DNA from: Malacoraja senta
Lineage: Eukaryota
Direction: 5' to 3'
Assembly: GCA_038087875.1 (NCBI GenBank)
Contig: CM075997.1
Location: 1,986,001 to 2,050,000, forward strand
DNA: 64,000 nucleotides
The notes under the pieces are model-generated. The model saw only the letters and a list, made by a program, of their open reading frames with translations. It made no database searches and was not told the DNA's origin. A program made the translations under genes and the position numbers. Positions 39,960-52,329 of the stretch are shown piece by piece; within the stretch, counting starts at the first letter, position 1; the number at the start of each line of letters is the position of its first letter.

Positions 39960-41500
39960 CTGCAGGCAGAGGTGTGAAACTGAACTGGAAGGGTTGAGTT
40001 TGGCCACCACCATCTCTCGAGAAAGAAGCGTTTTGCTGGCGGCTTAAGCTCTCCTGCCTTACACGGATATTTTAAAAAAAGTTTGGCCGCACAGTTGTGC
40101 GGGCGAGCAAGCCTGCATGTGGGCGGGATGGAGGAGGTGGAGAGACCAGTCGATCGTGGATGTGGGACTACGTTTACAACGCGATAAAAAAAAATCAAAT
40201 CCTGACATTTTTTTGTTTATTCCTTGTGGGAACCTCGTTCGCTCGGGAGGCGGTAGATGATTTGCACCAGTTGCTGTTTGCAGCCTGACCATGCTTGCAC
40301 GGCCAGCACTTGGAATGGGGTGGGATTAGCGTGCAAGGAGAGAAGAGGTAGAGGTGGATGCCAAGTGGCAACCGAGCCTGCTGCACCCATGCTCTGCCAC
40401 CGCGGTACCACGTGGCCGGTGGGGGGGGACAGGGGCGAGTCACGTGGTGCGGGCGGGAGGGCGCGGGCGGTGCGTGTTGTTTAGAGGCCTGGCAGCGGGC
40501 TCGAGCTCATCGCCTCACCGCCGGCGAACGGACACCCGCGGGGTGGTGGTGGTGGGGGAGGGAAGGGCAGCGGGACCGCCAGCGCCAGCGCCATCCCGCT
40601 CACGGCTGCGAGGTAATAAAGAGCCTGGGGGAGTGACGGGCGGAGAGAAGCAGGCGGACAGGCCGCTGGTGGCACTCGAGGCCGAGGCGCCTAGGCCCAG
40701 GCGCCTTTTGTTCGGACTGTGTGCGTGTGTGTGGGGCGTGGGCCTTTGGCTGCGCTCACTCTCACCACCCCCACCCTCCTCCCTCGCCACCTCCACCCCC
40801 CCTCCTCCTGCTCCTGCCCGCAAACTGCAGCGGTGAGAGGAGCAGAGACGGCGAGGTGAGCGGTGAGCCCACCCTCTTACTTCCCACTCTCCCTCCCTCC
40901 CTCCCTCCCTCCCTCCCCGAGAGCGGGCTGTGCTTGGCCCGCACCCAGTCCACTCCAGACCCAGACCTGACCCGATCCGCCAGACACGGAGCCCGGCGAC
41001 AGCAGGGCCCCGGCCCGACCGCCTCCCACAATGGAGAAATGGAGAGCAATCACATGTCCGGCTACTCCCAGTTCGCTCCCCATTGTCTCCCTCGGGGGAG
41101 GGTTTTCTTTGAACGATCTACCTTCTAGCTCTTCTATTTTAACCGGCCAAATATCACAGTCAAAGCCCGGTCCATGTGAAGTTGGCTGCCGCGAATCCAG
41201 CGCGTAAATTGCACCATTTATTTTCCCCTTCCCCCCCCCTCCTCGCTGCCCGCTTTATTAATCGGAGTTCTCGCCGCTTTTCACTTCCAGGATGCCTTTG
41301 CCGAGTCGAGTGTGGAGCAGCCGCCTGACCCTCGGCGATGGCTGACGGCGGCCAGGAGCTGCCGGCCTTCTCCCGCCCCCCTTCCTGCTTCATGGCCGTG
41401 CATTGATTGAGGCGTCGCTGCGAACTGCAGGCTGCCCAACGGATTGCAAGCGCATACCCTCTTGTCGTGTATCCACACACGTACACACACTTCGCCATGG
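39960..41500 (+). promoter_or_regulatory. CpG island / promoter and 5' region of the MGA-like gene
   Basis: High GC/CpG. AGGTGTGAAA 39970-39979, CACGTG 40409-40414 and 40441-40446, GGCGGGA 40452-40458. Candidate donors ~40833-40863 and acceptor TTCCAG at 41290. Confidence 0.75.
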
Positions 41501-42177
41501 ACGGGAAAAAAATTGATGACATCGCCCCCGGCCGTCTTCGCCGCCTTGAAGACAACAATGGCGTGATGAAGTCTCCTCCATCCTGCCTCAAGTCCGGGAA
41601 CGTCAAGGTCTATCTGAAAAAGTGGAGCATCTGGGACAAATTTTACAACTTGGGTACCGAGATGAGAATGTCCAAACGGGGAAGGTTTATGTTTCCATAC
41701 TGTGAATATTCAGTCTCCGGGCTGGATCCCGAGAAAAAGTACATAATGGCAATGGATATCTCACCAGTGGACAACTACCGCTACAGATACAATGGATGCA
41801 AATGGCAGATAAATGGGAAAGCAACCCCACATGTAATGGGGAGGCTTTATTTCCATCCAAATGGGAGTGTTTCTGGAAAAGAATGGATGCTTAAGACATT
41901 GTCTTTTGCCAAACTCAGATTGACCAATTGCCCTACTGCAGAAGAAGGCAATGCAATCCTTCATTCAATGCATCGATACATCCCCCAATTCCACATTATT
42001 GTAACTGATGGAATCATTGAGAAGCTAAACCTGAATGATCCACGTGTCTACACATTTGTCTTTCAACAAACTGAGTTCTTTGCTGTGACAAAGTATGAAA
42101 ATAAATTTATCAGGCAGCTAAAACACTTCTATAATCCCTATGGCACTGCACTACGTGACATAAAGACCTCCAAACAG
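41497..42177 (+). CDS. MGA-like: MGA-like T-box protein, coding exon 1 (intronless T-box)
   Basis: GCCATGG start. GTEMRMSKRGRFMFPYC..GLDP..MDISPVDN..GKATPHVMGR..ILHSMHRY..QTEFFAVT has MGA-type wording, and a single-exon T-box is an MGA hallmark. Donor GTAAAT. Confidence 0.92.
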
Positions 42178-42224
42178 GTAAATAATCAGCTATAGATTTT
42201 TGGTGGAAAATTGTTATTGAATAT

Positions 42225-42770
42225 ATGAGTCAGGTGTCATGATGCAGCTCTAAGATTTTGGTTAGGCTGCATTCGGAATATTGCATGCAGTTCTGGTTGC
42301 CCCATGACAGGAAGGATGTGGAGGCTTGTAGAAGGAAGGCGCAGAAGAGATTTACCATATTGTTACCTGAATGAAGGGGTATTAACTACAAGGGGAGGTT
42401 AGACAAACTTGGATTGTTTTCTCTGGAATGGTGGAGGTTGAGTTGGTTGTATATGGAATTATGAGTGGCAGAGATAGAGTAAACAGTCAGAACATTTTCC
42501 CAGGGTGGAAATGTCAGAGGCTAGAGGGCATGGCTTTAAGGTGAGAGGGGCAAAGTTTAAAGATGCGTGGGGCAAGGTTTTTTTTCCCGCTGCTGGGGGA
42601 AGGGTGTGGGGGGGGTGGAGGCAGATACAATAATGGAGTTTGAGGCTTTTAGATAGGCACATGGATATGGATCATGTGCAGGCAGATGAGATTAGTTTAT
42701 CTTGACATCAACTTCAGCACAGACCTTGAGGGCCTTACGGCCTGTTTCTGTGCTGTACTGTTCTATGTTC
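42225..42770 (+). mobile_element. Old CR1 3' fragment
   Basis: Degenerate CR1 C-terminal sequence ending in a TTCTATGTTC tail. Confidence 0.7.
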
Positions 42771-43181
42771 CAAATGTGACCAAGGGCCTTGCCCAATGAA
42801 CTTAGTCACAATTGTATTTATCAAAGAGCAGTTAACTTTTAATAATAATGTAAATCTTGGTGCTTGCTCTTGATTTTTTTTCCACAAGCAGTAGCTCTAC
42901 TCAACAGCCAAAAGTCTGTAACCTCCTTTTGCTCTGGTATTTTATTTCATTCTTCACATGTTTAAATTATTAAGTTTGATTTTTAATTGTCTACTGTATA
43001 TCGCGTTGTTACTTGCGAGCAAAGCACCAAGGCAAATTCCTTGTATGAAAACAAACATACTTGGCTAATAACATTTATTCAATTCAGTGATTTAAATCAT
43101 CTCCGTTGGCACATTCTTCTAGAATCTCATACTGCTGAGACAATACAAATTAAAGAATGCAGATTCCACTAGAGTCCCTTA

Positions 43182-43415
43182 AGGGCCTATCCCACTTGTA
43201 CGACCTAATTGCCGACCTCTGCCGAGTTTGCCCTTGACTCACTCGCAGCATGGTTGCCATGAGGTCGTGGGAGGTCTTCGTAACTCTTCCTCATGCTCGT
43301 GAGTGGTCTCCGCGTACTCGTGTCCTCAAGTAGGTCGCGCCGATTTTCCAACCTGATAAAACATGTCCACGAGTAAAAAAAGGTGGGCATAGGTCGTCTA
43401 AGTGGGACAGGGGCT
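43182..43415. mobile_element. PIF/Harbinger-type MITE
   Basis: TIRs AGGGCCTATCCCACTT / AAGTGGGACAGGGGCT flanked by TTA on both sides. A related truncated end starts at ~45037. Confidence 0.75.
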
Positions 43416-44120
43416 TTAGTGTGATATGTCTTGCTGATGATGCAGTAATATCAGATGTGATTAAAGCAAGAGCATCTTATAGTTCTGCTTGCAGTTGTGT
43501 CAGTGCATCCATTGGATCTACACATCCAGTTGTTAAAAAATGATACTGAAAGCTATTTGCCAAGCTAGTTTTGTAACTAGCATTCAGTGTAATCACAAAT
43601 GCCTCCCTGGTATGACCTCCAATTTTGCTAAATTGTGTCCAAGTCGTGCAAGTTGAAAGTGGTTTTGCCATTGATTGTCATATCAAGCTACACTACAACA
43701 AGCCAATGAGGCATCTTGCCAAGGCTATGCCCTGTTCTCTTATCTCCTGAAACCTCCCCACTTGCCCCTTCCATCTGACCTGCCTCAAATGTAAGTTGTC
43801 CTCCTCACTTCCTTTCTGAAAGAGCGCCCATTAATTCTGAGGCTATGACCCCTGGACTCTCCCACCTGTGGAAACATGAGATGTTCTTGGGTTTGTCAAA
43901 AGTTCTTTGTGTTTGTCCTTTGGGAAGTTTTTGAGAATGGTCTCTTGTATTGGTTTTACTCGTTTTATTTTGGAAACTACCTAATTATATCAGAAATGGG
44001 GAAATTCCTGTCTGGAAAGTTGACTGGAATCCCAAGTGCATGAACGGTCCAGAGCGGTTTGTGATTCTTTCCAGCTTCTCCCTATGAAGCACTGAATGAT
44101 TGTTCATTTTTTGCTCACAG

Positions 44121-44367
44121 GATGGTGTGAATAGCCGAAAGGCTAGAAAGCGATGTGAAAAGAAGTCTTTCCTCAATGTAGTAAAAATACACGATACCAC
44201 AAATAATAATGAGGAGTCTGAGCAGAAACTGAAGGCAATTATTCCCTTAAAGGATGGTGCAGGAAAAACCCAAGAATGTACAAATAACCAAGGACTTATG
44301 AAACAAATGAGAAAAATTCCACCTGTAGAAAATGTACTTCAAATAGAACAGTCATTCAGTTTTGAAG
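44121..44367 (+). CDS. MGA-like: MGA-like coding exon 2
   Basis: CACAG|GAT GGT GTG AAT... DGVNSRKAR (cf. MGA DGLN after the T-box); phase 0/1; donor GTCAGT. Confidence 0.7.
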
Positions 44368-45285
44368 GTCAGTAATAGGAAGTCAATTACTTCACAGAAT
44401 ATTCTCCTATTGTGGTCCTAAATGCATTTATTTAAATTCCCAATCTGGTTATTGCAACTTATTTTTCATACCGTGCAGGTTTCTCCACTCAAAGATTCTT
44501 CCTTGTTAGATCAACGGTTCATTCGTACTTGGTACCATGCTGTACCTTGCTCGAGTGATTATTTAACAAATATTTTCTAATTTGTTGGCCACTGAGATTA
44601 ATTATATCAACAGTGTATACCACCACCACCGTCCAACCCACCCAATCTACTTTGTGTCCCCACCAGATCATTCTATTATTTCCTCCATGCCTTATTTGAC
44701 ACTGTCCTACAAAACAACACCCGTAAAAAGATTAAATCAATTAAAGGGCATATTCAAGCAGCATTAGCACGGAAGTTTCTTGCCTTGTTCTGCTCTTATG
44801 ATCGTATCCATTACAACCCAAAGGGTTCAGAAATGTTTCAGTATGTGAATCTATTACAGTTCGCTGGTTCATTACACAGAACAACAGAGATGCATGTAGA
44901 TTGGACTAGATCAGAATAATAGGACAAAACTCGGGGGGGAGAGTAAATGTCCAGCATTCCAATGTGCAAATTGAGGAATGTTTTCTTGAATTTCCTGAGA
45001 GGCAGCACAGTGGTGCAGCGGTAGAATTGCGGCGTAAAGGGGCTGTCCCACTTACGCGATTTTTTTCGGCGACTTGCCAGCACCCGTCGCAGTCGCAGCA
45101 GGTCGCCGAAAAATGTCAAAATGTTGAAAATCCAGCAGCGACCAGAAAAAGGTACAACTCTTTGGGCGACTACTCACCACCATACAGGCATCACCCCACG
45201 ACATGTCTTCTTATAAAATCAAGCAATCTTTTTAATAAAAAACAAAACTTTTGCCATGCATTCAGCTTCTACTTGCCTCCAACAG

Positions 45286-45390
45286 ATTCTCAGGACAGGA
45301 TAGCGGAGATTGAAAATCTTGAACAGAAACTACGGGATGAGCTGATATGGAATGGATCACATGAAATACTGCATCCAGTTCTACAAAAAT
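45286..45390 (+). CDS. MGA-like: MGA-like coding exon 3
   Basis: ENLEQKLRDEL...EILHPVLQK resembles MGA LEKELIEDL...VIHPGLQE; phase 1/1. Confidence 0.75.
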
Positions 45391-45621
45391 GTTCGTACAC
45401 TTTTTTTACTGTTTCCTACTTATACATGTTCCTTTTGTTAAATTTACATTTCCATTTTAATCCTTTTAAGTTCAGCATTTGAGCAGGGGTTGACTTTAAT
45501 TTCCTTAGTATTCAACTTAAACATTATATTAACTGGTTTCTGCCTGCTGACTATTGGTATTTTACACTTCCAAATGTGGTTAGGTCAGTAATTGCCATTT
45601 AAACTTGCAGAGAAGATTAAA

Positions 45622-45921
45622 GGGAGACATGGTGGCACAGCTGTAGAGTCACTGCCTTGCACCATCAGAGACCCGGGTTCCATCCTGAGTAGGGGGGGGC
45701 TGTCTGTACAGAGTTTATATGTTCTCCTGTGACCACGTAGGTTTTCTCCAGGTGCTCCGGTTTCCAAAGACGTACAGGTTTGTAGGTTAATTGGCTTCGG
45801 TAAAAGTTGTAAATTGTCCCTGGTGTGTAGGATAGCGCTAGTGTACGGGGATTGTTGGTCTGCGACAACTCGTGGACCGAAGGGTCTATTTCCGCGCTGT
45901 ATCTCCGAGCTAAACTAAACT
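45622..45921 (+). mobile_element. tRNA-derived SINE (HE1-like)
   Basis: Same head, body and (CTAAA)n tail as the copies at 12798 and 49847. Confidence 0.85.
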
Positions 45922-46782
45922 GATTTTGTGCTGGTGAAATGGGGAGTGTTTTTCTGAAGTTGGAGCTGAGTAGAAGGCACTTTACTTGAAGTGTGTCTGC
46001 GCTACAGCTGAAATGGTAATGCTTGATGTGGACACCATATGCCAGAAACTGAAAATCAGGAAAAGAGTACAGATGCTGGAAATCTGGAATAAAACTCAGA
46101 AATTGTTGGAAACATCTGTGGAAAGAGAAACAGTTAGCTTTTCAGGTCCAAAATCCTTTATCAGAAATATATGAAGAATAACAGTGATCCCAATATCAAC
46201 CCCTGGGGAACTTGATGATTCATTTCTTTCCAGTCCATAAAAAGCCTTTCATTCTGTTTCCTTTTACTAAGCTGCTGCAAACCTTTTTATAACATGGTGT
46301 AAAATCTTGATGAAAAGCCTAATATATGCAATTAGCAATCGTTGACAATTGCATGTCATTAAAAAAATGATATACGCTTTAAAAAATCTGAGTTTAAAGG
46401 CCATATACTGTAAGGTAACAGAAAATAGGAGACTAGGAGAATTCTGCTGTTCTTACAACACTGGCACAGCATCTTTCTTTGCCTGGCCTGACTTCCATGT
46501 TTCCTGAGACTATTTATACCCTCTGGCAAAAAGTCCAGGATTAGCCCTCAAAAATGTGCAGATATTTACTTCCTTGTGCCTCTCTGAGTGACATGACTAT
46601 AGTCAGGAGGTCAAAGTATGTTGATTGCTGTTGAGAACTGCTGTTGTACCATACTATAATACCTTCCATTGATGCTCGAGTTACTAGGCCTAATCCATGG
46701 TCTTTTAAAATAAGTGAACTGATCCTAATTACTTAATTGATCTCGCTTATTGTGCTTATGCTCGCGCTCTCATTTTCTCTAG

Positions 46783-46938
46783 CTGGCATAAAACTAAGTG
46801 GCCTTCAGATCACCGAATGGCTAAACTTGAAACATTTAGGACATGCTTTGTATCATGGACACTCTGTTCCCAGTTCTGAGCAGAATGCTGAATTGAATTA
46901 TTCCTCTTTTTCTGGAGCTGAGTCACATGGAATGCGAG
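46783..46938 (+). CDS. MGA-like: MGA-like coding exon 4
   Basis: GIKLSGL...LNLKHLGHAL resembles MGA GLKLNSV...IDLKYLGVQL; donor GTAAGT; phase 1/1. Confidence 0.8.
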
Positions 46939-47176
46939 GTAAGTAAAGCATTCAGTCTAAGTTTTAATACAAAGTGTTCTCTCAGATAATGTGGTTTGTG
47001 CAGTCAAGATTTTGGTGCTGTTAAAGGGAGGATTACTGACGGATAATGATCTCATTCTTGCATTGCCCATCTGAATTGAACAGATTGGCTGCATTAATAA
47101 TACTTCAGGCAATATCTGTGGAGTGAATAATCTGACCATGTAGTGTTCTAGACATGAAACATTAACCTCATGAGCG

Positions 47177-47420
47177 ACTTTTACCCAGAGAGTTGTGAAT
47201 CTGTGGAATTCTCTGCCACAGAAGATAGTGGAGGCCAATTCACTGGATGTTTTCAAGAGAGAGTTAGATTTAGCTCTTAGGGCTAACGGAATCGAGGGAT
47301 ATGGGGGAAAAGCCGGAACGGGGTACTGATTTTGGATGATCAGCCATGATCATATTGAATGGCGGTGCTGGCTCGAAAGGCCGAATAGCCTGCTGCTGCA
47401 CCAATTTTCTATGTTTTTAT
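47177..47420 (+). mobile_element. CR1 LINE 3' end
   Basis: Matches the 3' end of the 6392-8543 copy. Confidence 0.8.
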
Positions 47421-48246
47421 CAGAGAGCTGAGACATCTGTGGAAGATTAGACTGCTAAATGATTAGTTTAGACTGTTATGTTTCAGAGGGAACTGCAGAT
47501 GCTGGAAAATCAAAGGTAGACAAAAATGCGGGAGAAACTCAGTGGGTGAGGCAGCATCTATGGAGCTGTTATGAAAATGGCAATGTTTCGGATCGAGACC
47601 CTTCTTCAGATTAGACTTAAATGATTAGAGTCCTTTGGAGTAGCACATGGGAAGGTGGCAGGATGGCTGATATAGACTTCCAGCATAGGACTTCTGCAGG
47701 TATGCATTGGTTCAGCCCGACCCCAGGGTGAATAACAGAGATACCAGGAACTGCTGATGCTGGTCTGCTCTCAAGTAGAAATAAAATAAAATACCAGAAA
47801 AGCTCAGCAGATTGGGCAGCAACTGTGGAAGGAGAAACAGAAGTAATGTGTTAGTTTAAAGACCCTTTGCCTGAGTAAACCCAATATTCTCCAGTCAGCT
47901 GAATCCATTGGCGCTGGTTTGGATGCATCTGCTGTAAATATTTTGAGGAAAGGGGATGAAAAGAGGAAAATCAACTTTCAATATAAAGGTCTTTATACCA
48001 CTTGTGACTGGGCCTCAATTTAAATCGTGTTTCTCTTCCTTGGTGTCTCTTCCTTAAACTTTAATCCTTTGAGGATTTCTGCAAACAAATGGTACACAAA
48101 TATACCTGTGAATCTTTTGTGTACTGGCCCTCAAAATCACAAACATCTAATCACTTGAAAACTTGTGAAGGAAAGAACTGCCGATGCTGGTTTAAATCGA
48201 AGGTAGACTCAAAATGCTGGAGTAACTCAGCATCTCTGGAGAGGGT

Positions 48247-48274
48247 GACGTTTCGAGTCGAGACCCTTCTTCAG
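48247..48274 (-). ncRNA. Minimal hammerhead-ribozyme-like core in a Penelope-derived repeat (best-preserved copy)
   Basis: CTGAAGA-A-GGGTC-TC-GACTC-GAAA-CGTC gives CUGANGA, stem II, GAAA, palindromic ACGU and a GUC site. Confidence 0.55.
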
Positions 48275-48471
48275 TCTGAAGACGGGTCTCGACTTGAAAA
48301 CTTGTGCTAATTTTAACAACAGCTCATGATCAGTCCTGCTTTGGTAAATGATATTGATATTGGGAGGTATAAGTTAAAATATCCATGCATAGTGACATCA
48401 GAAAAGAGCATACATGCTGGGTTTGTGAGTTTCCGTTATATTTACATATCTTGTGAATTTATTACTTGCAG

Positions 48472-48597
48472 AAACCGGAATTCCATTTATCTCCCGGACA
48501 GGAAAAACCAATGATCTCACCAAGATTAAGGGTTGGAAGAACAAATTTAATCTGCAGCCAGGGTCACCTGATGACAAACCAAACCCATTACCTTCAA
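48472..48597 (+). CDS. MGA-like: MGA-like coding exon 5
   Basis: GIPFISRTGKTNDLTKIKGWKNKF is near-identical to MGA PFVSRTGKTNDFTKIKGWRGKF; phase 1/1. Not shown in this frame in the ORF track. Confidence 0.9.
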
Positions 48598-49846
48598 GTA
48601 AGCAAGATTTTTTTTAAATATTTTGTAATTATTTTGTAAAAGGTCTGACAGAAGGGAAGTCGATTGTCATGGATTGGTGTAAAATTAAAATATTTGGAAT
48701 TCATGTGCTTATGTAGTGGAATGGAGTATATGGCCAATAAGGTTGTGGTACACATATTGTTTAGACATCACCAGGAGTATGGCATGGCACTTTATTTATC
48801 ACCTACCGAGGTACAGTGAAATTCATTTTTGTACACAGTTCAGTACAAGTGTTGTGAGCAGTTCTACGCACGTCACATTAGCAGCAAGCATTTTAGATTT
48901 GTTGAGTGCACAAGGTAGATTTACAATTTTGATGGAGACACAAGCTCCTGCAGATGATAGTTTATATAAAAACATGAATTGCTGGAGTAACTCAGCAGGT
49001 CGGGCAGCATCTGTGGAGGATATGGGTAGGCCCTGTCAATGTCTTCCACAGATGCTGCCTGACATTGAGTTACTTCAGCACTTTGTGTTTTTCTTTACGT
49101 TTGATATCAATCTCAAAGGATAAAAAAGCCAGAAGCTATTTGCAATTTGGAAGATCAAGGGGTGATTTTTTTTTTTTTTCAATATGTTAAGTATGAATAT
49201 AAACAATTGTTTCAGTTTGGGGAGTCTTACGGTTAGAAGATGTATTCTAAATATTCAAAATTAAAATTAAAAGACAGTTTCTCAAGTAGTAAATGATGCT
49301 AGATCATTAATTTTAAATCTGATTTAATATTTGTTAAATGAATGATGAGGGAAAGAAGGGTCACAGCATTTTATTGAATGAAGGAATAGCTGAGGGAGTA
49401 AATAGCTTGTGTTCCCATTATTTTTTTTTTAAACGGACGTGGAGGAAATACTAGGGCAGACTCCTGGGAAACAAATTAGTTTTAAAGGAAGAAAATCTGG
49501 TTAAAGTTATTCCAGCATTTGAGATCTTGGCCAGAGAAGTCAAGTCAAGATGGAGCATTTAAAATTGAATGATCAAAAGGTTTGAATTGGAGCAGTGGAA
49601 ATACTTTAACAAGTTCTAGAGCTGGCAACAGGTATGATAGGAAGGGACAGCGACGGAAACAAAGCACGATATTATTTAATGGATGTATAGTGATTCCTGT
49701 CCAAGTCCCTCCTCTTGTCAGCTATAGTATAAATCGGTATAGTCTGTTCCATGTTTAAGTTGTCCATCAGTAAATGCCACTACTACCCCCCAGCCCCAAC
49801 ATTCACCTGAATGGGGAGCATGTTTGGACTTCCAACTGGGATCCTT

Positions 49847-50134
49847 GGCGGCATGGTGGAGCAGCGGTAGAGTTGCTGCTTTACAGCGCCAGAGACTCTA
49901 GTTCGATCCTGACTACGGATGCTGTTTGTACGTTCTCCCCGTGACCTGCGTGGGTTTTCTCCGGGTGCTCCGCTTTCCTCTCATACTCCAAAGACGAACA
50001 GGTTTGTAGGCTGTTGGCTTGGTAAAATTGTAAATTGTCCCTAGTGTGTGTAGGATAGTATTAGTGTATGGGGATTGCTGGTCTGCGCGGACTCGGTGGG
50101 CCTGTTTCCGCTCTCTATCTCTAAACTAAACTAA
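49847..50134 (+). mobile_element. tRNA-derived SINE (HE1-like)
   Basis: A/B boxes, central domain and (CTAAA)n tail. Confidence 0.88.
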
Positions 50135-51665
50135 GTTTTGTGTGAGCTTGCGGCCATTTCTAACTGGATAGACGCCTCATGATCACTGTACCAGAAGATT
50201 GCCTGTGATGCAAAGTAGGTCAAAGTCTCTTCCAGCATGGTTGAGGTCCAGGTCAACAGTGCCAGTCAAGTGTATGGCATGTAGTGGAGGAGGCTTGTTG
50301 CAAATTCTAAAGCATCCCAATAATTGCAGTAGCTTCAGTATCAATCAAATCTGTTCTGCCTTGATTTGAATACAGATTGGTGAGCACAGAAGCAAAGAAT
50401 GAATGGCTGGCTTTAGTTGCGATTTGAACAGTTTTTTTGTTGACCTGGTTTAAAGTTAAAAGAATGAGAGAGCTGCCAGGAATTAATTGTCAATGCAACA
50501 GGTGTGGTTGACACTTTCAACAAAAAATCTATTGAGAAGGGGAAAGAGTCAAGCTAAATGTTATTTTGTAGAACAAAGAGCATAGAACAGTGCAGCACCA
50601 GAACAGGTCGTTGAGCCAACAATATCTGTGCCAAGCACGATGCCTAGACCAACTCTTATCTGCCTGCTCGTAATCCATTTTGCTCTGGAAGATTAGATCG
50701 CATGGGATCCAAGGAGAGATAGCCAACTGGATAAAAAGATTTGCTTCATGGCAGGAAGCCGAGGGTAATGGTGGAGGGTTACTTTTCAGACTGAAGGCCC
50801 ATGCCTAGTGGTGTGCCTCAGGGTTCGGTGCTAGACTCATTGTCACTTGTATCGATGATTTGGATGAGAACGTACAAGGCATGATTAGTACGTTTACAGA
50901 TGACACTAAAGTGAAGGCTGAAGGGCATGTTTCCATGCTGTATGACTCTGAGTCTATCCCTACATCCCTCCATTCCCTGCATATCCATATGCCTCCCCAA
51001 AAGTTTCTTAAAGTGCCGCTATCATATTTGCCTTAACTGCCATCATGGCAAGGTCTATGCTCTATAGCTCATTTTCAAATCAAAGATTATACCAACATTG
51101 CGGACAGTCTAGATCTGTTGCGGACTGTTGGCTGGGAGGAGATTGTAGTTAGTAGTCATGCAGCAGAGCTTGTGGTGGAGCCTAAATGCAGTGGTCCAGC
51201 ATTCCCCAATGGATGATTCCTGCTTATCAGGCCGTCTATGGTTGGTTAAATAGATCCACAAAAGTATAGTTGACTTCACCCCAGCTCGATGCCTGTGAGA
51301 TACATAGAGGAGCGTGTTTTATTTCTTTAAAATCATGTAAAAGACTTAAGGGTCATGAAGATTCAGAGGGACAGTCCCTATTGTTGACATAACTTGTACA
51401 GAAACTTAGAGCATGAATCCTTTCCTTAAACTAAGCTTGAATAGATTTTGTAGTTTATTGGTCTAGATCAATTTTGAATTGTGCAAATTCAATATTTTAA
51501 AAAATTGTCTTGTCTCTCAAATTGATACTTTCAGTTTCAGTTCAGTTTATTGTCACGTGCAAAGTTTATTGTCAGTTTATTGTCACGTGTACAGTGAAAA
51601 GCTTTTGTTATTTATGCTTCCTTTTATACAGTTATTTATGCTTCCTTTATGCTTGCTTTTAATAG

Positions 51666-52120
51666 GTACCACCACTACAGTTATTAAAAATAGATCAGCA
51701 TTTGTTAGTGATCTGCTGGATGAATACCTGGAAAAAGAAGGGAAGATTATTGAACAGCAATCTCTGCTGTATGACTACGAGATGCCTGAGATTGGTTGTC
51801 GTACTCCGAACCTGTTTGATTCACCATGTAGTATTCAACAAAACCCTACTACCCATTCACCTGATTTGGCTCTGCCACCAAAAAACAAATCTGCACATTT
51901 GGAAATGCCACCTGTGCTGGAGAAACACTTCAGCGTTACAAACAAAGGGATATTCATCAGAGATGTACAAAGCAACAGCGTGGGTGGGAAAAAAAGGCGT
52001 AAAAAGAAGAACAGCAGTTCTGTGGCTAAAAGGTCAAAAATACCCAGTCAATATAAAAATGCTCCAAGACTATCGATTAAAGATGACCAGACTCAATTTC
52101 ATGTCACACCCCCACAAAAG
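51666..52120 (+). CDS. MGA-like: MGA-like coding exon 6
   Basis: KNRSAFVSDLLDEYLEKEGKIIE resembles MGA KNRSAFCSDKLDEYLENEGKLME. NLS-like KKRRKKK; donor GTGAGC; phase 1/0. Confidence 0.88.
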
Positions 52121-52329
52121 GTGAGCAATTTAGTATCAACCTTTTTCCTAGTTTTTTTTAATTAATTTTGTCCACCAGCTAAGGGGACATGAGAAATCGA
52201 ATGTTTTGGGGTTTAACCATAAATACATTTCTTTGGTGCTCTCCAACAGTATTAGATGGATCATCTTATGCACCAGTACGAAAAGAATAACATTTACCGT
52301 GGCAATATAAGCTATCGTGTTATCATTTT

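Noticed and set aside
40195..41128. Many ORFs in the CpG island
   Set aside because: Expected from GC content; no domain or consistent splice structure.
49847..49920. tRNA gene
   Set aside because: The tRNA-like head continues into a SINE body and tail that recur several times in the window.
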